This document shows, one piece after another, positions 24,323 to 34,887 of a DNA stretch of 64,000 bases. The notes beneath the pieces were generated by a model. It saw only the letters and a program-made list of their open reading frames with translations. It was not told where the DNA came from and searched no databases. Position 1 is the stretch's first letter. Every line of letters begins with the position of its first letter. A program made the position numbers and the translations under genes. The stretch is from an uncultured delta proteobacterium. Its GTDB lineage: Bacteria > Myxococcota_A > UBA9160 > SZUA-336. The DNA lies in the NCBI GenBank assembly GCA_963704165.1, contig CAVPHD010000007.1, positions 1 to 64,000 of the forward strand, read 5' to 3'.

Positions 24323-25218
24323 GCGACCCAGCCGACCGCGAAGAGCAGCCCGAAGGCTCCAGCGAGCCGTGCGGTGCCGGCCAGCGCGGCGTTGAGTGCC
24401 GGCCCATCGCACTCGCTCGACACCGTTCGCAGCAGCGGAAGTGCGAGCACCACGGTCGCCAACGGAAACAGCGCCGCGCGCGGCGCACCGTGGCTGAAGC
24501 CGAGTACGAGCGCACAGAGATATGCCGTGCCGAGCAGAGCGGCGAAGTACACCCGCGTCGCTCGGCGACCCATGCGCACGGCGAGCGTGCGTTTGCCTAC
24601 GCGCGCGTCGCTTTCCAAGTCGCGGACGTTGTTCACCACCAGAATCGCCGTCACGAGGCACCCGATCGGAATCGACGCCGCGAGCGCGAGTGGAGACAGC
24701 GCGCCCGCCTGCACGTAGTGCGAACCAGCCACGCCGACGACGCCGAAGAACGCGAACGTGCAGAGATCGCCGAGGCCGTGATAGCCGAGCGGCCAGGGCC
24801 CGCCGGTGTACGCGAGGGCGACGACGATCGATGCGATCCCCGCGAGAGCGACCGGCCAACCACCGACCCAGATCAGGCCGCTGCCCGCGATCGCCGCGGC
24901 GGCGGCGGCGATCAGGGTTCCCCGGCGGACCTCGCGCGCCGAGAGCATCCCCGTCGCGACCGCGCGCGGAGGGCCGAGTCTCGTCTCGTCGTCGGCCCCG
25001 CGTTCGAAATCGAAGACGTCGTTCGCGAGGTTCGCGCTGATCTGCAGCAGCAGCGCGGTGAGCGCGGCGAGCATTGCGACACCGGGCCGAGACACGTCCT
25101 CCGCGGCCGCGATCGCCGTTCCCACGGCGACCGGAACGAGGCCGGCGACGAGCGTGCGGGGCCGCGCCGCGAGCAGCCACGCGTCGAGCTTCCGCGACGA
25201 CGGCGCCTTCGCATTCAC
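24319..25218 (-). CDS. menA: 1,4-dihydroxy-2-naphthoate polyprenyltransferase
   Basis: [55 protein letters not shown]. Confidence 0.95.
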   Translation of the reverse strand: MNAKAPSSRKLDAWLLAARPRTLVAGLVPVAVGTAIAAAEDVSRPGVAMLAALTALLLQISANLANDVFDFERGADDETRLGPPRAVATGMLSAREVRRGTLIAAAAAAIAGSGLIWVGGWPVALAGIASIVVALAYTGGPWPLGYHGLGDLCTFAFFGVVGVAGSHYVQAGALSPLALAASIPIGCLVTAILVVNNVRDLESDARVGKRTLAVRMGRRATRVYFAALLGTAYLCALVLGFSHGAPRAALFPLATVVLALPLLRTVSSECDGPALNAALAGTARLAGAFGLLFAVGWVA

Positions 25219-26048
25219 GGACGCCACGGTTGCTTCTCGAACGCGGGAGCGCGCTTCTCGAGGTACGCGTCGCGTCCCTCCTGCGCTTCCTGACTCATGT
25301 AGAAGAGCAGGGTCGCATTTCCAGCCAGCTCCTGAATTCCCGCCTGGCCGTCGCAATCGGCATTGAACGCGGACTTGAGGCAGCGGATCGCGAGCGGACT
25401 GTGACCGCAGATCTCGCGCGCCCACTCGACGCCGGTGGCCTCGAGATCGGCGAGCGGGACGACCGTGTTCACGAGCCCCATCTCGCGCGCCTGCTCGGCG
25501 TCGTACTGCCGGCACAGGTACCAGATCTCGCGTGCCTTCTTCTGGCCGACGATGCGCGCGAGGTACGACGACCCGAAGCCGCCATCGAAGCTGCCGACAC
25601 GCGGCCCGGTCTGTCCGAAGCGGGCGTTGTCGGCCGCGATCGTGAGATCGCAGACGACGTGAAGGACATGTCCACCGCCGATCGCGTAGCCGGCGACGAG
25701 CGCGATCACGGGTTTGGGCAGCGAGCGAATCACCTTCTGCAGATCGAGGACGTTCAAGCGCGGAACGCCGTCGTCACCGACGTACCCGGCCTCACCGCGG
25801 ACGCGCTGGTCGCCACCCGAGCAGAAGGCGAGATCACCTTCGCCGGTGAAGAGCACGACGCCGACCTCGGGGTCTTCGCGAACCACGGCGAACGCGTCGA
25901 GGAGCTCGATGATCGTCTTGGGACGAAACGCGTTTCGCACCTCCGGACGACAGATCGTGATCTTCGCGATCCGCTCGGCCTTCTCGAGGCGGATGTCCTC
26001 GTAGCTGCGGACGGGCTTCCAATCGGGAATGCGCGCGAGCGGGGGCAT
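25215..26048 (-). CDS. menB: 1,4-dihydroxy-2-naphthoyl-CoA synthase (in frame with the upstream menH)
   Basis: [47 protein letters not shown]; own GAAAGGA SD 5 nt before ATG 26048. Confidence 0.96.
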   Translation of the reverse strand: MPPLARIPDWKPVRSYEDIRLEKAERIAKITICRPEVRNAFRPKTIIELLDAFAVVREDPEVGVVLFTGEGDLAFCSGGDQRVRGEAGYVGDDGVPRLNVLDLQKVIRSLPKPVIALVAGYAIGGGHVLHVVCDLTIAADNARFGQTGPRVGSFDGGFGSSYLARIVGQKKAREIWYLCRQYDAEQAREMGLVNTVVPLADLEATGVEWAREICGHSPLAIRCLKSAFNADCDGQAGIQELAGNATLLFYMSQEAQEGRDAYLEKRAPAFEKQPWRP

Positions 26049-26897
26049 AGGGGTCCTTTCTTCGTCGTGGGTTGGGTGCGCGGCCGCGAAGCGCCGCGCG
26101 TGCGCGATCACCGCGCCGGGGTTCTCGAACTGAGCGGCGTGACCGGCTCTTTCGATGACCGTGTGAGTTCCGTGAGCCGCTCGGGCGGCGAGGTCTCGTG
26201 CGATCGCGTCGAACTTCGCGTCGTCCTCGCCCGTCAGGAAGAGAAGTGGCACCGGGCAGTGTTGCAGCGCGGCGTGAAGCGGTGGCTGCGCGCCGCTGCC
26301 GAGCCCGCGCAGCGAGCCGGCGAGGCCGATCGCCCGGTTCCGGAGCCGCTGCGCGCGCGCAGCTTCGAGAACTCGGGCGGGGAGGCGCGCCTGCGAAGCG
26401 AAGAGCGGCAGCGCCGTCCAGTGCTCGACGAAAGTCTCGACGCCCTGTGCTTCGATCGAGCGAGCGAGGACCTCGTCGGCGCGCCGCCGCTCGGCTCGCG
26501 CTTCGGGATCGTCGAGGCCGGCCGAGGCACCGATCAGCACGGCCGAAGCGATGCGGTCGGGGTGGTGGACCGCGACCGCGAGCGCGACGCGCCCGCCCAT
26601 GGAGTAGCCGAGCAGATGTGCGCGCTCGGCTCCGAGCGCGTCGAGCACCGCGATCACGTCGCCGACGCACGCCTCCATGCGATAGCGCTCGAGCTCCTTC
26701 GGCGCGTCCGAGCGGCCGTGGCCGAGCAGGTCGATCGAGACCACGCGGTGATCGCGCGCGAGGTCGGCCGCGATCGTCCCCATCGATTCGGTCGAGCCGG
26801 TGAATCCGTGCAGGAGGACGAGCGTTTCGCCCATGCCTTCGACCGCGAAGTGCAGGCGCGCTCCCGCGATATCGATCATTTCGTCGACGCGGCTCAT
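26049..26897 (-). CDS. menH: SHCHC synthase (alpha/beta hydrolase) domain; no stop codon, reads through into menB
   Basis: [50 protein letters not shown]. Confidence 0.9.
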
Positions 26898-28714
26898 CGC
26901 GTGGGTGCCTCCCGCGCGAGCGCCGCCGAGACCGCGGCCCAGAGCGCGGCGTGATGCGCAACGTTGGCCTCCGCGTCGACGCGGACTTCGAGGACGTGGA
27001 GTCCGCCGCCGGAGTGCCCGGCGTCGAGCGCGCGGCGAACGTCGGCCCAGTCGTGCGCGCGCGTGTAGGTGGCGTCGAAGAGCGAGGCCGCGCGGGCCAG
27101 ATCCAGTCCGTGCGGGGTGGTGAAGAGCGTGTCGAAATCGACCGCCTCGCGATGCGAAGCCACGGGCAGGAAGCGGAAGATCCCGCCGCCATCGTTGTTG
27201 ACGACGACGATCGTCGCGTCGAGACCGTGGCGCTTCGCGGCGAGCAAGCCGCCGAGATCGTGAAGGAAGGCCAGGTCGCCCGTCAGCAGGACGAGCGGAC
27301 CGGGCAAGGCGGCGCTCGCGCCGAGCGCGGTCGACACGATCCCGTCGATGCCGTTGGCTCCGCGGTTGCAGAGCACGCGCAGGCGCTTCTCGCTCGGCGG
27401 CAGGAACGAGTCGAGGTCGCGCACGGGCATGCTGTTCGAGACGAAGAGCACCGCGCCATCGGGAAGTGCTGTCGCCAGCTCGACCACCAAGCGCGGCTCC
27501 GAGAGCGACGGATCGCTCGCGAGCGCCGCGTCGAGCGCTCTGCGTGCCCTTCGATCGGCCTCCAGAAAACGCGCGAGCCAGGCCGACTCGGCTCGAGGAT
27601 TCCGTCGCTCCAGGGCGTCGGCGAGCGCGTCGCAGAGCCGTGTCGGAGCGAAGCGCAGCAGCTCGCTCGCATCGTGCGCGGGATCCGCGAAGCGGCCGTC
27701 CGGGTCCACGATCCAGGTCTCACGAGCGGGATGTCGCTCCAGCCAGCGCGCGATCGGCTTGTTCGTAAGCGGCGCACCCAGGCGCAGGACCAGCGCGGGC
27801 GCGTTCTCGGCGGCGAACCGGTCGTCGCGAAGCAGCGAATCGTGCGCGGCGACGAGCGGAGCCGACTTGACGTGCGATCCGCAGCGCAGCTGCGAGGTCG
27901 GCTCCGCCAGGATCGGCCAACCCGCCGCGCGCGCGAGACGTGAAGCCGCTTCGCCGAGATCCGCCTCCGAATCGTACGGACCCGACACGATCACGCCGTT
28001 CGGTGTACGCGCGATCGTATCGGCCAGGCGCTCGACCAGCGCCTCTGGCGCCAGCGAAGGCGCCGATTCCACGCGCAGGTACACGGCCGGGGCGCGGCCC
28101 TCGAGCGCGACCGGATCGGCGGTCCGAAAGTCCTCGGCCACGCGCGTGGGCTCGAGCGGTTCTCGAAATGGCAGGTTCAGGTGGACGGGTCCGGGCGGCG
28201 GCGCGGTGGCGACCGCGACCGCTCGACAGGCGAGGGCGCGCGCGTGGCGAAGCGCTGCGCTCCCGGGCTCGGGCGCCGGTGCTTCGGCGTACCAGCGCGC
28301 GTACGGGCCGAAGAGCCGCACCTGATCGATCGTCTGCGGCGCACCCCAATCCCGCAGCTCGATCGGACGATCGGCGGTGAGCACGACGAGGGGCACGCCC
28401 GTCTGACTCGCTTCGACGACGGCGGGCAGGAAATTGGCCGCAGCGGTCCCGGAGGTGCAGACGAGGGCGACCGGGGAACGCATCGCCTTCGCGAGGCCGA
28501 GGGCGAAGAACGCGGCGGAGCGCTCGTCGACGTGCGACCAGACGCGCAATCCGCAGGTGTGCGCCGCAGCGGCGGCGAGCGGCGTGGAGCGCGAGCCGGG
28601 GCAGACACAAGCATGTGTCACACCCGCGCGGACGAGCTCTTCGAAGAGCGCCGCCGCGAACGCGTGATTCCGGTTGGTCGCCTGCGCGACCGGGCTCGCG
28701 AGCACCGTCGCCAC
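26894..28714 (-). CDS. menD: SEPHCHC synthase
   Basis: [67 protein letters not shown]. Confidence 0.96.
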   Translation of the reverse strand: MATVLASPVAQATNRNHAFAAALFEELVRAGVTHACVCPGSRSTPLAAAAAHTCGLRVWSHVDERSAAFFALGLAKAMRSPVALVCTSGTAAANFLPAVVEASQTGVPLVVLTADRPIELRDWGAPQTIDQVRLFGPYARWYAEAPAPEPGSAALRHARALACRAVAVATAPPPGPVHLNLPFREPLEPTRVAEDFRTADPVALEGRAPAVYLRVESAPSLAPEALVERLADTIARTPNGVIVSGPYDSEADLGEAASRLARAAGWPILAEPTSQLRCGSHVKSAPLVAAHDSLLRDDRFAAENAPALVLRLGAPLTNKPIARWLERHPARETWIVDPDGRFADPAHDASELLRFAPTRLCDALADALERRNPRAESAWLARFLEADRRARRALDAALASDPSLSEPRLVVELATALPDGAVLFVSNSMPVRDLDSFLPPSEKRLRVLCNRGANGIDGIVSTALGASAALPGPLVLLTGDLAFLHDLGGLLAAKRHGLDATIVVVNNDGGGIFRFLPVASHREAVDFDTLFTTPHGLDLARAASLFDATYTRAHDWADVRRALDAGHSGGGLHVLEVRVDAEANVAHHAALWAAVSAALAREAPTR

Positions 28715-28716
28715 GT

Positions 28717-30138
28717 TCAGATCTCCAGCAGGCCGGTGAGCAGCGTTCGAAGCTTGAGCCGTGTCTCGGCGAGCTCCGCCTCGGGAGTCGATTCCTCGAC
28801 GATGCCTGCGCCCGCGAAGAGCGTCGCATCCGAGCCGCGCAGCAGCGCGGAACGAAGCGCGACCGTGAGCTCGCCATCTCCGCCGGGCGCCAGCCAGCCG
28901 ACGCCACCGGCGTACCAACCGCGCTCGAGGGTTTCGTTCGCTTCGAGCCAGGTGAGCGCGGCGTCGCGCGGCGCGCCGCAGACGGCCGGCGTGGGGTGGA
29001 GCGAAGCCGTGAGCGCGAGCAGGCCGACGCCGGCGTCGCGAAGCTCCGCGTCGATGGGCGTGTGCAAGTGCTGGATTCCTTCGAGCCGGAGCAGCGCCGG
29101 GGATTCGGGCGCCGCGATCGGAGCGCAGACTCGCGAGAGGGACTCGAGCACCGCGCGTCGTACGATCGCGTGCTCCGCCTGCTCTTTCTTGGACTCGCAG
29201 AGCGAGCGGCCGAGCCGTTCGTCGTCGTCCGGCGTGCGCCCGCGTGGCGCCGAGCCGGCGATCACGCTCGTCCGCACGCGGGTACCGGTTCTCTGGACGA
29301 GTCGCTCGGGAGACGCGCCCGCGAACGTCGCGCCCTTCTGCCCCGTGGCGAAGACGAAGCAGGCCGGGTGTTGTGCGCGCAGGCTGCGCAGCAACCTCGT
29401 CCGGTCGAAGACCGTGTCTCCGCCCAGCCTGCACGAGCGTGCGACGACGACCTTCTCGAGCTCGCCCTCGCGGATCGAGTCGAGCGCGCGTGCGACGGTC
29501 GCGAGGTACGCCTCGGGTGTGCGGTCGGCGGCGACGCTGAAGCGCGGCGCGTCCGCGCGCGACGCGTCGACGGATTCCGCGCTGCGCCTCTCGAGTCGCA
29601 CCTCGAGCGCGAGAAGCGCGCGCTCGAGATCGGTCTCGGGTTCGATGCGGACGGCGAGGGCTCGCCAGGTCTGCACGCCGACGCGTGCGAGCAAGATCTG
29701 CGGCAGCCAGAAGCGAAGCGCCGGGAAGTCACGCCAGCAGCCGTTCGCGCGCGGCTCCCCATCGAAGGCGAAGCCTCCGACGAGAATCGGCCCGGCTTCG
29801 CGCGGAGGATCGGGCGCGGCGTCGCCCCCCACGCGTACGTCCGCGAAGAGGGCGCGTGAAGCGCGCTCCGCGGCGTCGAAGCGATCGCTGCCGCCGGTCT
29901 CGATCGCCGCGACTTCGCCCGCGGCGCAGAGCGAGATCCCGCGAGACGCGAGCTCGAGCGCGAAGTGGGGTTCGTCGAGATCGGCGGTGAAGTGGTCGAG
30001 CGGCTCGCCGAGGTCCGGCGATGTCCATCGCGTGCGCCACACGGCGATGAGCGGCCGACCTGCGCGCGACGCGTCGTCGCGCACAGCCGAAAGGAAGCTG
30101 CGAAGCGATGCGCACTCGGCGACCCCGAGCGCGGTCAC
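28717..30138 (-). CDS. menF: Isochorismate synthase
   Basis: LEKVVVAR, GASPERL, KEQAEH, LHPTPAVCG, RGWYAG, VALRSA, AGAGIV...ETRLK. Confidence 0.93.
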   Translation of the reverse strand: MTALGVAECASLRSFLSAVRDDASRAGRPLIAVWRTRWTSPDLGEPLDHFTADLDEPHFALELASRGISLCAAGEVAAIETGGSDRFDAAERASRALFADVRVGGDAAPDPPREAGPILVGGFAFDGEPRANGCWRDFPALRFWLPQILLARVGVQTWRALAVRIEPETDLERALLALEVRLERRSAESVDASRADAPRFSVAADRTPEAYLATVARALDSIREGELEKVVVARSCRLGGDTVFDRTRLLRSLRAQHPACFVFATGQKGATFAGASPERLVQRTGTRVRTSVIAGSAPRGRTPDDDERLGRSLCESKKEQAEHAIVRRAVLESLSRVCAPIAAPESPALLRLEGIQHLHTPIDAELRDAGVGLLALTASLHPTPAVCGAPRDAALTWLEANETLERGWYAGGVGWLAPGGDGELTVALRSALLRGSDATLFAGAGIVEESTPEAELAETRLKLRTLLTGLLEI

Positions 30139-30848
30139 GCGACTCCTCTCCCGCGGCGCTCGGCGGTGATCAGCTGAACGGCCCCGAACCCGAGCGGCCG
30201 CCGGACCACGCGCGTGAAGCCTGCGTGCTCGACGAGGCCAAGCAGCTCGGCCTCCTCCGGCAGGTAGGCGACCGAGCGCGGAAGGTAGGCGTAGGCTTCG
30301 CGGTCGGAGAGAATGCCTCCGATCCACGGCACGACGTGATCGAAGTACAGCGCGTGTCCCGCTCGCACGAGCGCGCCCCGCGGTCGATCGACCTCGAGCA
30401 GCGCGAGCCGACCGCCCGGAGCGAGCACGCGCGCCATCTCGGCGAACGGCTCGGCGAGCGACTCGAAGTTCCGCAGAGCGAATCCGCAGGTGACCACGCT
30501 CGCGCAGCCACTTCGAAACGGGAGCGAAGTCGCATCGGCCTGAACGAGCGCGGAGCAGGCGCTTCGACGCCGGGCCCCGCGCAACATCTCGCCCGCCATG
30601 TCGACGCCGACGGCACGAGCGCCGCGCGCGCGCGCGAGCTCCGCGAAGTCGCCCGTCCCGCAGGCCACGTCGATCAGGGCATCGCCGGGTCCGACACCGA
30701 TCAGGGTCAATGCCGTGCGCCGCCAGCGCTGGTCGAGGCCCGCGGTCATGACCCGGTTGAGCGCGTCGTAGCGTGGAGCGATGCGGTCGAACATCGCGCG
30801 CACCATCTGGCGCTTCTCGGCGCCCGCGGGAAGGGGACCTAGCGCCAC
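30135..30848 (-). CDS. menG: Demethylmenaquinone methyltransferase (UbiE/MenG)
   Basis: MFDRIAPRYDALN, DVACGTGD, GFALRN, EMARVLAPGG, AYAYLPRSV. Confidence 0.93.
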   Translation of the reverse strand: MALGPLPAGAEKRQMVRAMFDRIAPRYDALNRVMTAGLDQRWRRTALTLIGVGPGDALIDVACGTGDFAELARARGARAVGVDMAGEMLRGARRRSACSALVQADATSLPFRSGCASVVTCGFALRNFESLAEPFAEMARVLAPGGRLALLEVDRPRGALVRAGHALYFDHVVPWIGGILSDREAYAYLPRSVAYLPEEAELLGLVEHAGFTRVVRRPLGFGAVQLITAERRGRGVA

Positions 30849-31603
30849 GAGACGTCCAGGCGCTGCGATTCCGTCGCGGCGAGCGCTTCGGCGAGTGCAT
30901 CGTCGTCGCCACCGCCCGCCAGCCGCGCGAGTGCCCGGTTGACGAGCGTCCGCTGGAAATAGAACGCGACCAAGCGCGTGGCCTCGGGCAGGAGCGTGCG
31001 GAAGGCGTCGGTGATCGCACCCGCATCGCCCGTTCCGCGATCCGAGCCACCGGCCTTGCGTACGTGGCGGTCGAAGAGCGCGATCGCGCGGTCGGCGAAC
31101 GCCTGCGTCTCTCGCGCGTGATCGACCGCGATGGTCAGGAACTCGTCGAGTGGAAAACCGGCGGAGAGAAGCGCCAGACCCGCGCGCGCCATCTCGAGAT
31201 CCGACTCGCCGTAGCGCGCCTCGCCCGCGATCACGATCGGCGCGAAGAGCCCCGCGGCCTCGGCGGCGGTGAGCAACGCCTCGGGCATGCCGGCCTCGGC
31301 GGCCAGCTCGCGGCGGCTGAACGAACGTGCACCGACGGACTTCTCGAGGAGCGCCCGGCGGAGAGGCTCGGTGTCCGATGGCGGCGTTTCGGGCGACTCG
31401 ATGATCTTGCGGACGAGCGCGAGCGTGTAGCCCTCGCCGACCAGCGTGCGAATCCGCTTCAGCCGTTCGAGGTGACGATCGTCGTACACCGCGACGCGAC
31501 CGACGCGCCTCGGCGGGGGCAGCAATCCCTTCCCCTGGTAGAAGCGGATCGTGTCGACGGGCAGCTCCGAGGCCTTCGCGAGCTCTTCCACGCGATAATC
31601 CAT
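30839..31603 (-). CDS. MerR-family transcriptional regulator heading the men operon
   Basis: YRVEELAKASELPVDTIRFYQGKGLLPPP...YDDRHLERLKRIRTL; second HTH-like segment SRRELAAEAGMP; its stop overlaps the menG start. Confidence 0.9.
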   Translation of the reverse strand: MDYRVEELAKASELPVDTIRFYQGKGLLPPPRRVGRVAVYDDRHLERLKRIRTLVGEGYTLALVRKIIESPETPPSDTEPLRRALLEKSVGARSFSRRELAAEAGMPEALLTAAEAAGLFAPIVIAGEARYGESDLEMARAGLALLSAGFPLDEFLTIAVDHARETQAFADRAIALFDRHVRKAGGSDRGTGDAGAITDAFRTLLPEATRLVAFYFQRTLVNRALARLAGGGDDDALAEALAATESQRLDVSWR

Positions 31604-31638
31604 GCAACTACTCTAAGAGTAGTTGCTCGAATTGTCAC
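31604..31638 (-). promoter_or_regulatory. Leaderless sigma70-type promoter with overlapping perfect 11-1-11 palindrome (candidate MerR operator)
   Basis: Minus strand reads GTGACA-17nt-TAGAGT-6nt-ATG. GCAACTACTCT-A-AGAGTAGTTGC occupies 31604-31626. No SD. Confidence 0.8.
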
Positions 31639-31670
31639 GTCGGGCGGGCGTGTCAGCGCAAGTCCCTGAT

Positions 31671-33209
31671 TTAGCGCTTCTTTCCCCGCTTCTTGTGGGC
31701 CTTCTGGGCCTTCCGCTTCTCGCGCTGGGCCATGGCCTTCTGGGCGCGCTGCGCCTTGCGGTTGCCGAGCATGCCGCCCATGCCCGGCAGGCTTCCGAGA
31801 GCCGATGGGTCCAAGCCCGGAGGAAGCTGGGGCGCGCCACCGCCGCCGAACATCCGGCCGACGCCGGGGATCTTCGACAGCAGGCCCGCGCCACCGGCGC
31901 CTCCGAGCTGACTCATCATCTGCCGCATCTGGCCGAAGCGCTGCAGCAATCCGACGAGATCGGTGACCTTCGTTCCCGACCCGCGGGCGACGCGATTCTG
32001 GCGCGACGAGTCGAGCTTCTCCGGATGGCGACGCTCATCGGGTGTCATCGAGGTGATCATCGCCTCGATCCGGCGCAGCTCCTTCGGATCGACGCTTGCG
32101 CCCTCGGGCATCATCTCGCTCATCCCGGGGATCTTCGCGAGCAGGTCCTTCAGCGAGCCCATCTTCTGCAGCGTGCGAAGCTGGGTCAGGAAATCCTCGA
32201 GCGTGAACTGCCCGCGCAGCATCCGCTCGGCGTCCTTCTCGGCCGTCTCGACGTCGACGACCTCCTCGAAGTCCTGCATCAGCCCGACGACGTCGCCCAT
32301 GCCGAGGATGCGCTGCGCCAGGCCCTCGGCGCGGAACGCCTCGAGCTTGTCGATGGCCTCGCCCATCGTGACGAAGCGGACTGGAACGCCCGTTGCGGCG
32401 CGGATCGCGAGCGCTGCGCCGCCGCGCGAGTCACCGTCGAGCTTGGTCAGGATCAGGCCGTCGAGCGGGATGCGCTCGGCGAAGCCACGCGCCACGTTCA
32501 CGGCCTCGCGGCCCATCATCGCGTCACAGACGAGTGTCGTGTGCTCGGGCCGGGTTCGCGCGGCGATCTGCTCGAGCTCGACCATCAGCTCGTCGTCGAT
32601 CTGAAGCCGGCCGGCGGTGTCGAGGATGACCGTGTTGAAGTGATTCGCGCGCGCATACTCGACCGCTTCGGCGCAGATCGCCGGGGCATCGTCGCCTTCG
32701 CGCGTGAACACCTCGACGCCGGCCTTCTCGCCGAGAACGCGAAGCTGCTCGCGCGCGGCGGGCCGTCGGACGTCGGCGGCGACGAGCAGGGGCCGATCTC
32801 CCTGCTTCTTCAGATGGCGTGCGAGCTTCGCGCAGGTGCTGGTCTTTCCGGTGCCCTGCAGCCCGAGCATCATCAGCACGCGCGTGCGTCCCCGAGCCGG
32901 CTCGAACGGCTCTCCCGCGCCCATCAACGCGACGAGTTCCTCGTAACAGGCCCGCGTGAAATGGTCTCCCGGTGTCACGCGGAGCTTCTGGCCGCTCTTC
33001 CTGCCCGCCTCGAGCCGGACGATCTCGCCCCGGCACCTCTCGGTCACCTTCGCCAGGAATTCGCGCACGATGCCGAGGTCGACGTCGGCCTCGAGCAGCG
33101 ACGTGCGGACTTCGGCGAGCGCCGCGGCGATGTTCTCGTCGGAGAGTTCGGCCACGCCCCGGAAGCGGTCGCGCGCGGTCTTGAAGCCCTTGCTGAGCGT
33201 CTCGAGCAT
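31671..33209 (-). CDS. ffh: Signal recognition particle protein
   Basis: LLEADV, GLQGTGKT, DTAGRLQID, TKLDGDSRGGAALA, RILGMGDV, Met-rich M domain. Confidence 0.97.
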   Translation of the reverse strand: MLETLSKGFKTARDRFRGVAELSDENIAAALAEVRTSLLEADVDLGIVREFLAKVTERCRGEIVRLEAGRKSGQKLRVTPGDHFTRACYEELVALMGAGEPFEPARGRTRVLMMLGLQGTGKTSTCAKLARHLKKQGDRPLLVAADVRRPAAREQLRVLGEKAGVEVFTREGDDAPAICAEAVEYARANHFNTVILDTAGRLQIDDELMVELEQIAARTRPEHTTLVCDAMMGREAVNVARGFAERIPLDGLILTKLDGDSRGGAALAIRAATGVPVRFVTMGEAIDKLEAFRAEGLAQRILGMGDVVGLMQDFEEVVDVETAEKDAERMLRGQFTLEDFLTQLRTLQKMGSLKDLLAKIPGMSEMMPEGASVDPKELRRIEAMITSMTPDERRHPEKLDSSRQNRVARGSGTKVTDLVGLLQRFGQMRQMMSQLGGAGGAGLLSKIPGVGRMFGGGGAPQLPPGLDPSALGSLPGMGGMLGNRKAQRAQKAMAQREKRKAQKAHKKRGKKR

Positions 33210-33290
33210 CGGGCGGCAGGCTAGCAAAGACGGGGGGGACTCGGCCGCGTTTGAATTCGTGTCGGGGCCTGTGCCAGAGTACGCCGCGAC

Positions 33291-33506
33291 TTGAGCACGA
33301 ACGTCGAGGCGCACATCACGGGCACCGTCTTCAAGATCGAAGTCTCGATCGGGGCGACGGTCAGCGAAGCCGACGTGCTCGTGATTCTCGAGTCGATGAA
33401 GATGGAGCTGCCCGTCGAGGCACCCACGGGCGGCCGTGTGGCGAAGATCCTCGTCGAGGAAGGACAGAGCGTAGAAGAGGGCGACGTGCTCGTCGTTCTC
33501 GAGTAA
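33291..33506 (+). CDS. Stand-alone biotin carboxyl carrier protein
   Basis: 71 aa with ILESMKMELPV biotinylation motif. Confidence 0.9.
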   Translation: MSTNVEAHITGTVFKIEVSIGATVSEADVLVILESMKMELPVEAPTGGRVAKILVEEGQSVEEGDVLVVLE

Positions 33507-33517
33507 GGAGAGGCACC

Positions 33518-34387
33518 ATGGGTCTTCTGGACGGCAAGGTCGCGATCATCACCGGCGCGGGCGGTGGACTCGGGCGCTGTCACGCACTTCTGCTCGCGAA
33601 GGAGGGCGCGGCGGTCGTCGTGAACGACCTCGGCGGATCGCGCGACGGCAAGGGGGGCTCCAGCTCGATGGCCGACCAGGTCGTCAAGGAAATCCAGGCC
33701 GCGGGCGGACAGGCCGTCGCGAACTACGATTCGGTGGCGACCGTCTCGGGCGGCGAGAACATCTGCAAGACCGCGATCGACGCGTTCGGCAAGGTCGACA
33801 TCCTGGTGAACAACGCCGGCATCCTTCGCGACATGACGCTCGTCAAGACCGACGAGGCGTCCTGGGACATCGTCGTGCAGGTGCATCTGAAGGGGACGTA
33901 CTGCGTGACCCGCCCGGTCTTCACCCACATGAAGGACCGCGGCCAGGGCGGCGTGATCGTCAACACCAGCTCGACGTCGGGCCTGATCGGCAACTTCGGC
34001 CAGTGCAACTACGGCGCGGCGAAGGCGGGGATCGCGGGCTTCACGCGCTGTCTCGCGCTCGAGGGCAAGAAGTACGGCATCCGCGTGTGGGGGCTCGCGC
34101 CCGTCGCGGTCACGCGACTCACCGAGGATCTGCCGGGCATGGGCAGTGATCAGGTGAAGGAGGCACTCGGTCCGGAGAAGGTTTCTCCAGCGGTGCTCTA
34201 CATGGTGAGCGATCTGTCCAAGGACAAGACCGGCAAGTTCCTGTTCGCGGGCGGAACGAAGGTCGCCGAGATGAAGATCGTCGTCTCCGACGGCGTGAAG
34301 AACCCCAAGGGCGTGACCGCACAGGACATCGCGGCGAACGAGGACAAGGTCTTCCTCGAGGACAAGCCCTTCAACCTGATGAGCTGA
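33518..34387 (+). CDS. SDR oxidoreductase (3-hydroxyacyl-CoA dehydrogenase-like)
   Basis: TGAGGGLG, VVNDLGG, NNAGILRD, YGAAK; AGGAGAGG SD. Confidence 0.92.
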   Translation: MGLLDGKVAIITGAGGGLGRCHALLLAKEGAAVVVNDLGGSRDGKGGSSSMADQVVKEIQAAGGQAVANYDSVATVSGGENICKTAIDAFGKVDILVNNAGILRDMTLVKTDEASWDIVVQVHLKGTYCVTRPVFTHMKDRGQGGVIVNTSSTSGLIGNFGQCNYGAAKAGIAGFTRCLALEGKKYGIRVWGLAPVAVTRLTEDLPGMGSDQVKEALGPEKVSPAVLYMVSDLSKDKTGKFLFAGGTKVAEMKIVVSDGVKNPKGVTAQDIAANEDKVFLEDKPFNLMS

Positions 34388-34807
34388 TCAGGGACGCCGC
34401 GCGAGTTCCGCGAGAATCGCCGCACGCTCGTCGGCGACGCGGGCGAGTGGCTGCTTGCGCAGGGCCGACACCTCCGTGCCGGTGAAGTCCGTGAAGTCGC
34501 CCGGCACGTTCGCCGCGTCGAAGCGTCGCACGATCCAGCCGAGCAGCTTCGCGACGTCGTCGTCGGAGAGCGGTGCATTCGTCACGCCGGGGACGCGCAC
34601 GATGAATGCGCGACCTGCGGGCGTCGCCAGGAACTTCCCGACGACGCCGGGAAAGGGCGGCACCGCGCCGGGGATGCCGCTTCCGTCGGGCCGGTGGCAG
34701 CCCTGGCAGTGCAGCATGTAGTTCGTCTCTGGCGTCTCGGCGGCCGCGCCCGAAGCCAGAGCGGCGATTGCGACGATCGAGAGCCACGCCTTCGGGTACC
34801 GAGTCAC
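34388..34807 (-). CDS. Exported monoheme c-type cytochrome
   Basis: Signal peptide followed by NYMLHCQGCH (CxxCH). Confidence 0.85.
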   Translation of the reverse strand: MTRYPKAWLSIVAIAALASGAAAETPETNYMLHCQGCHRPDGSGIPGAVPPFPGVVGKFLATPAGRAFIVRVPGVTNAPLSDDDVAKLLGWIVRRFDAANVPGDFTDFTGTEVSALRKQPLARVADERAAILAELARRP

Positions 34808-34887
34808 CGGGGAGGACTCTCTCTCGCGGTGCCCCGACGGTCAAGCGACCAGTCGCGGTTTCTCGGAAGGCCGACTACCTTCGGGCC

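Noticed and set aside
31640..33290. SRP RNA (ffs) next to ffh
   Set aside because: Flanking gaps are short and lack the conserved SRP domain IV motif.
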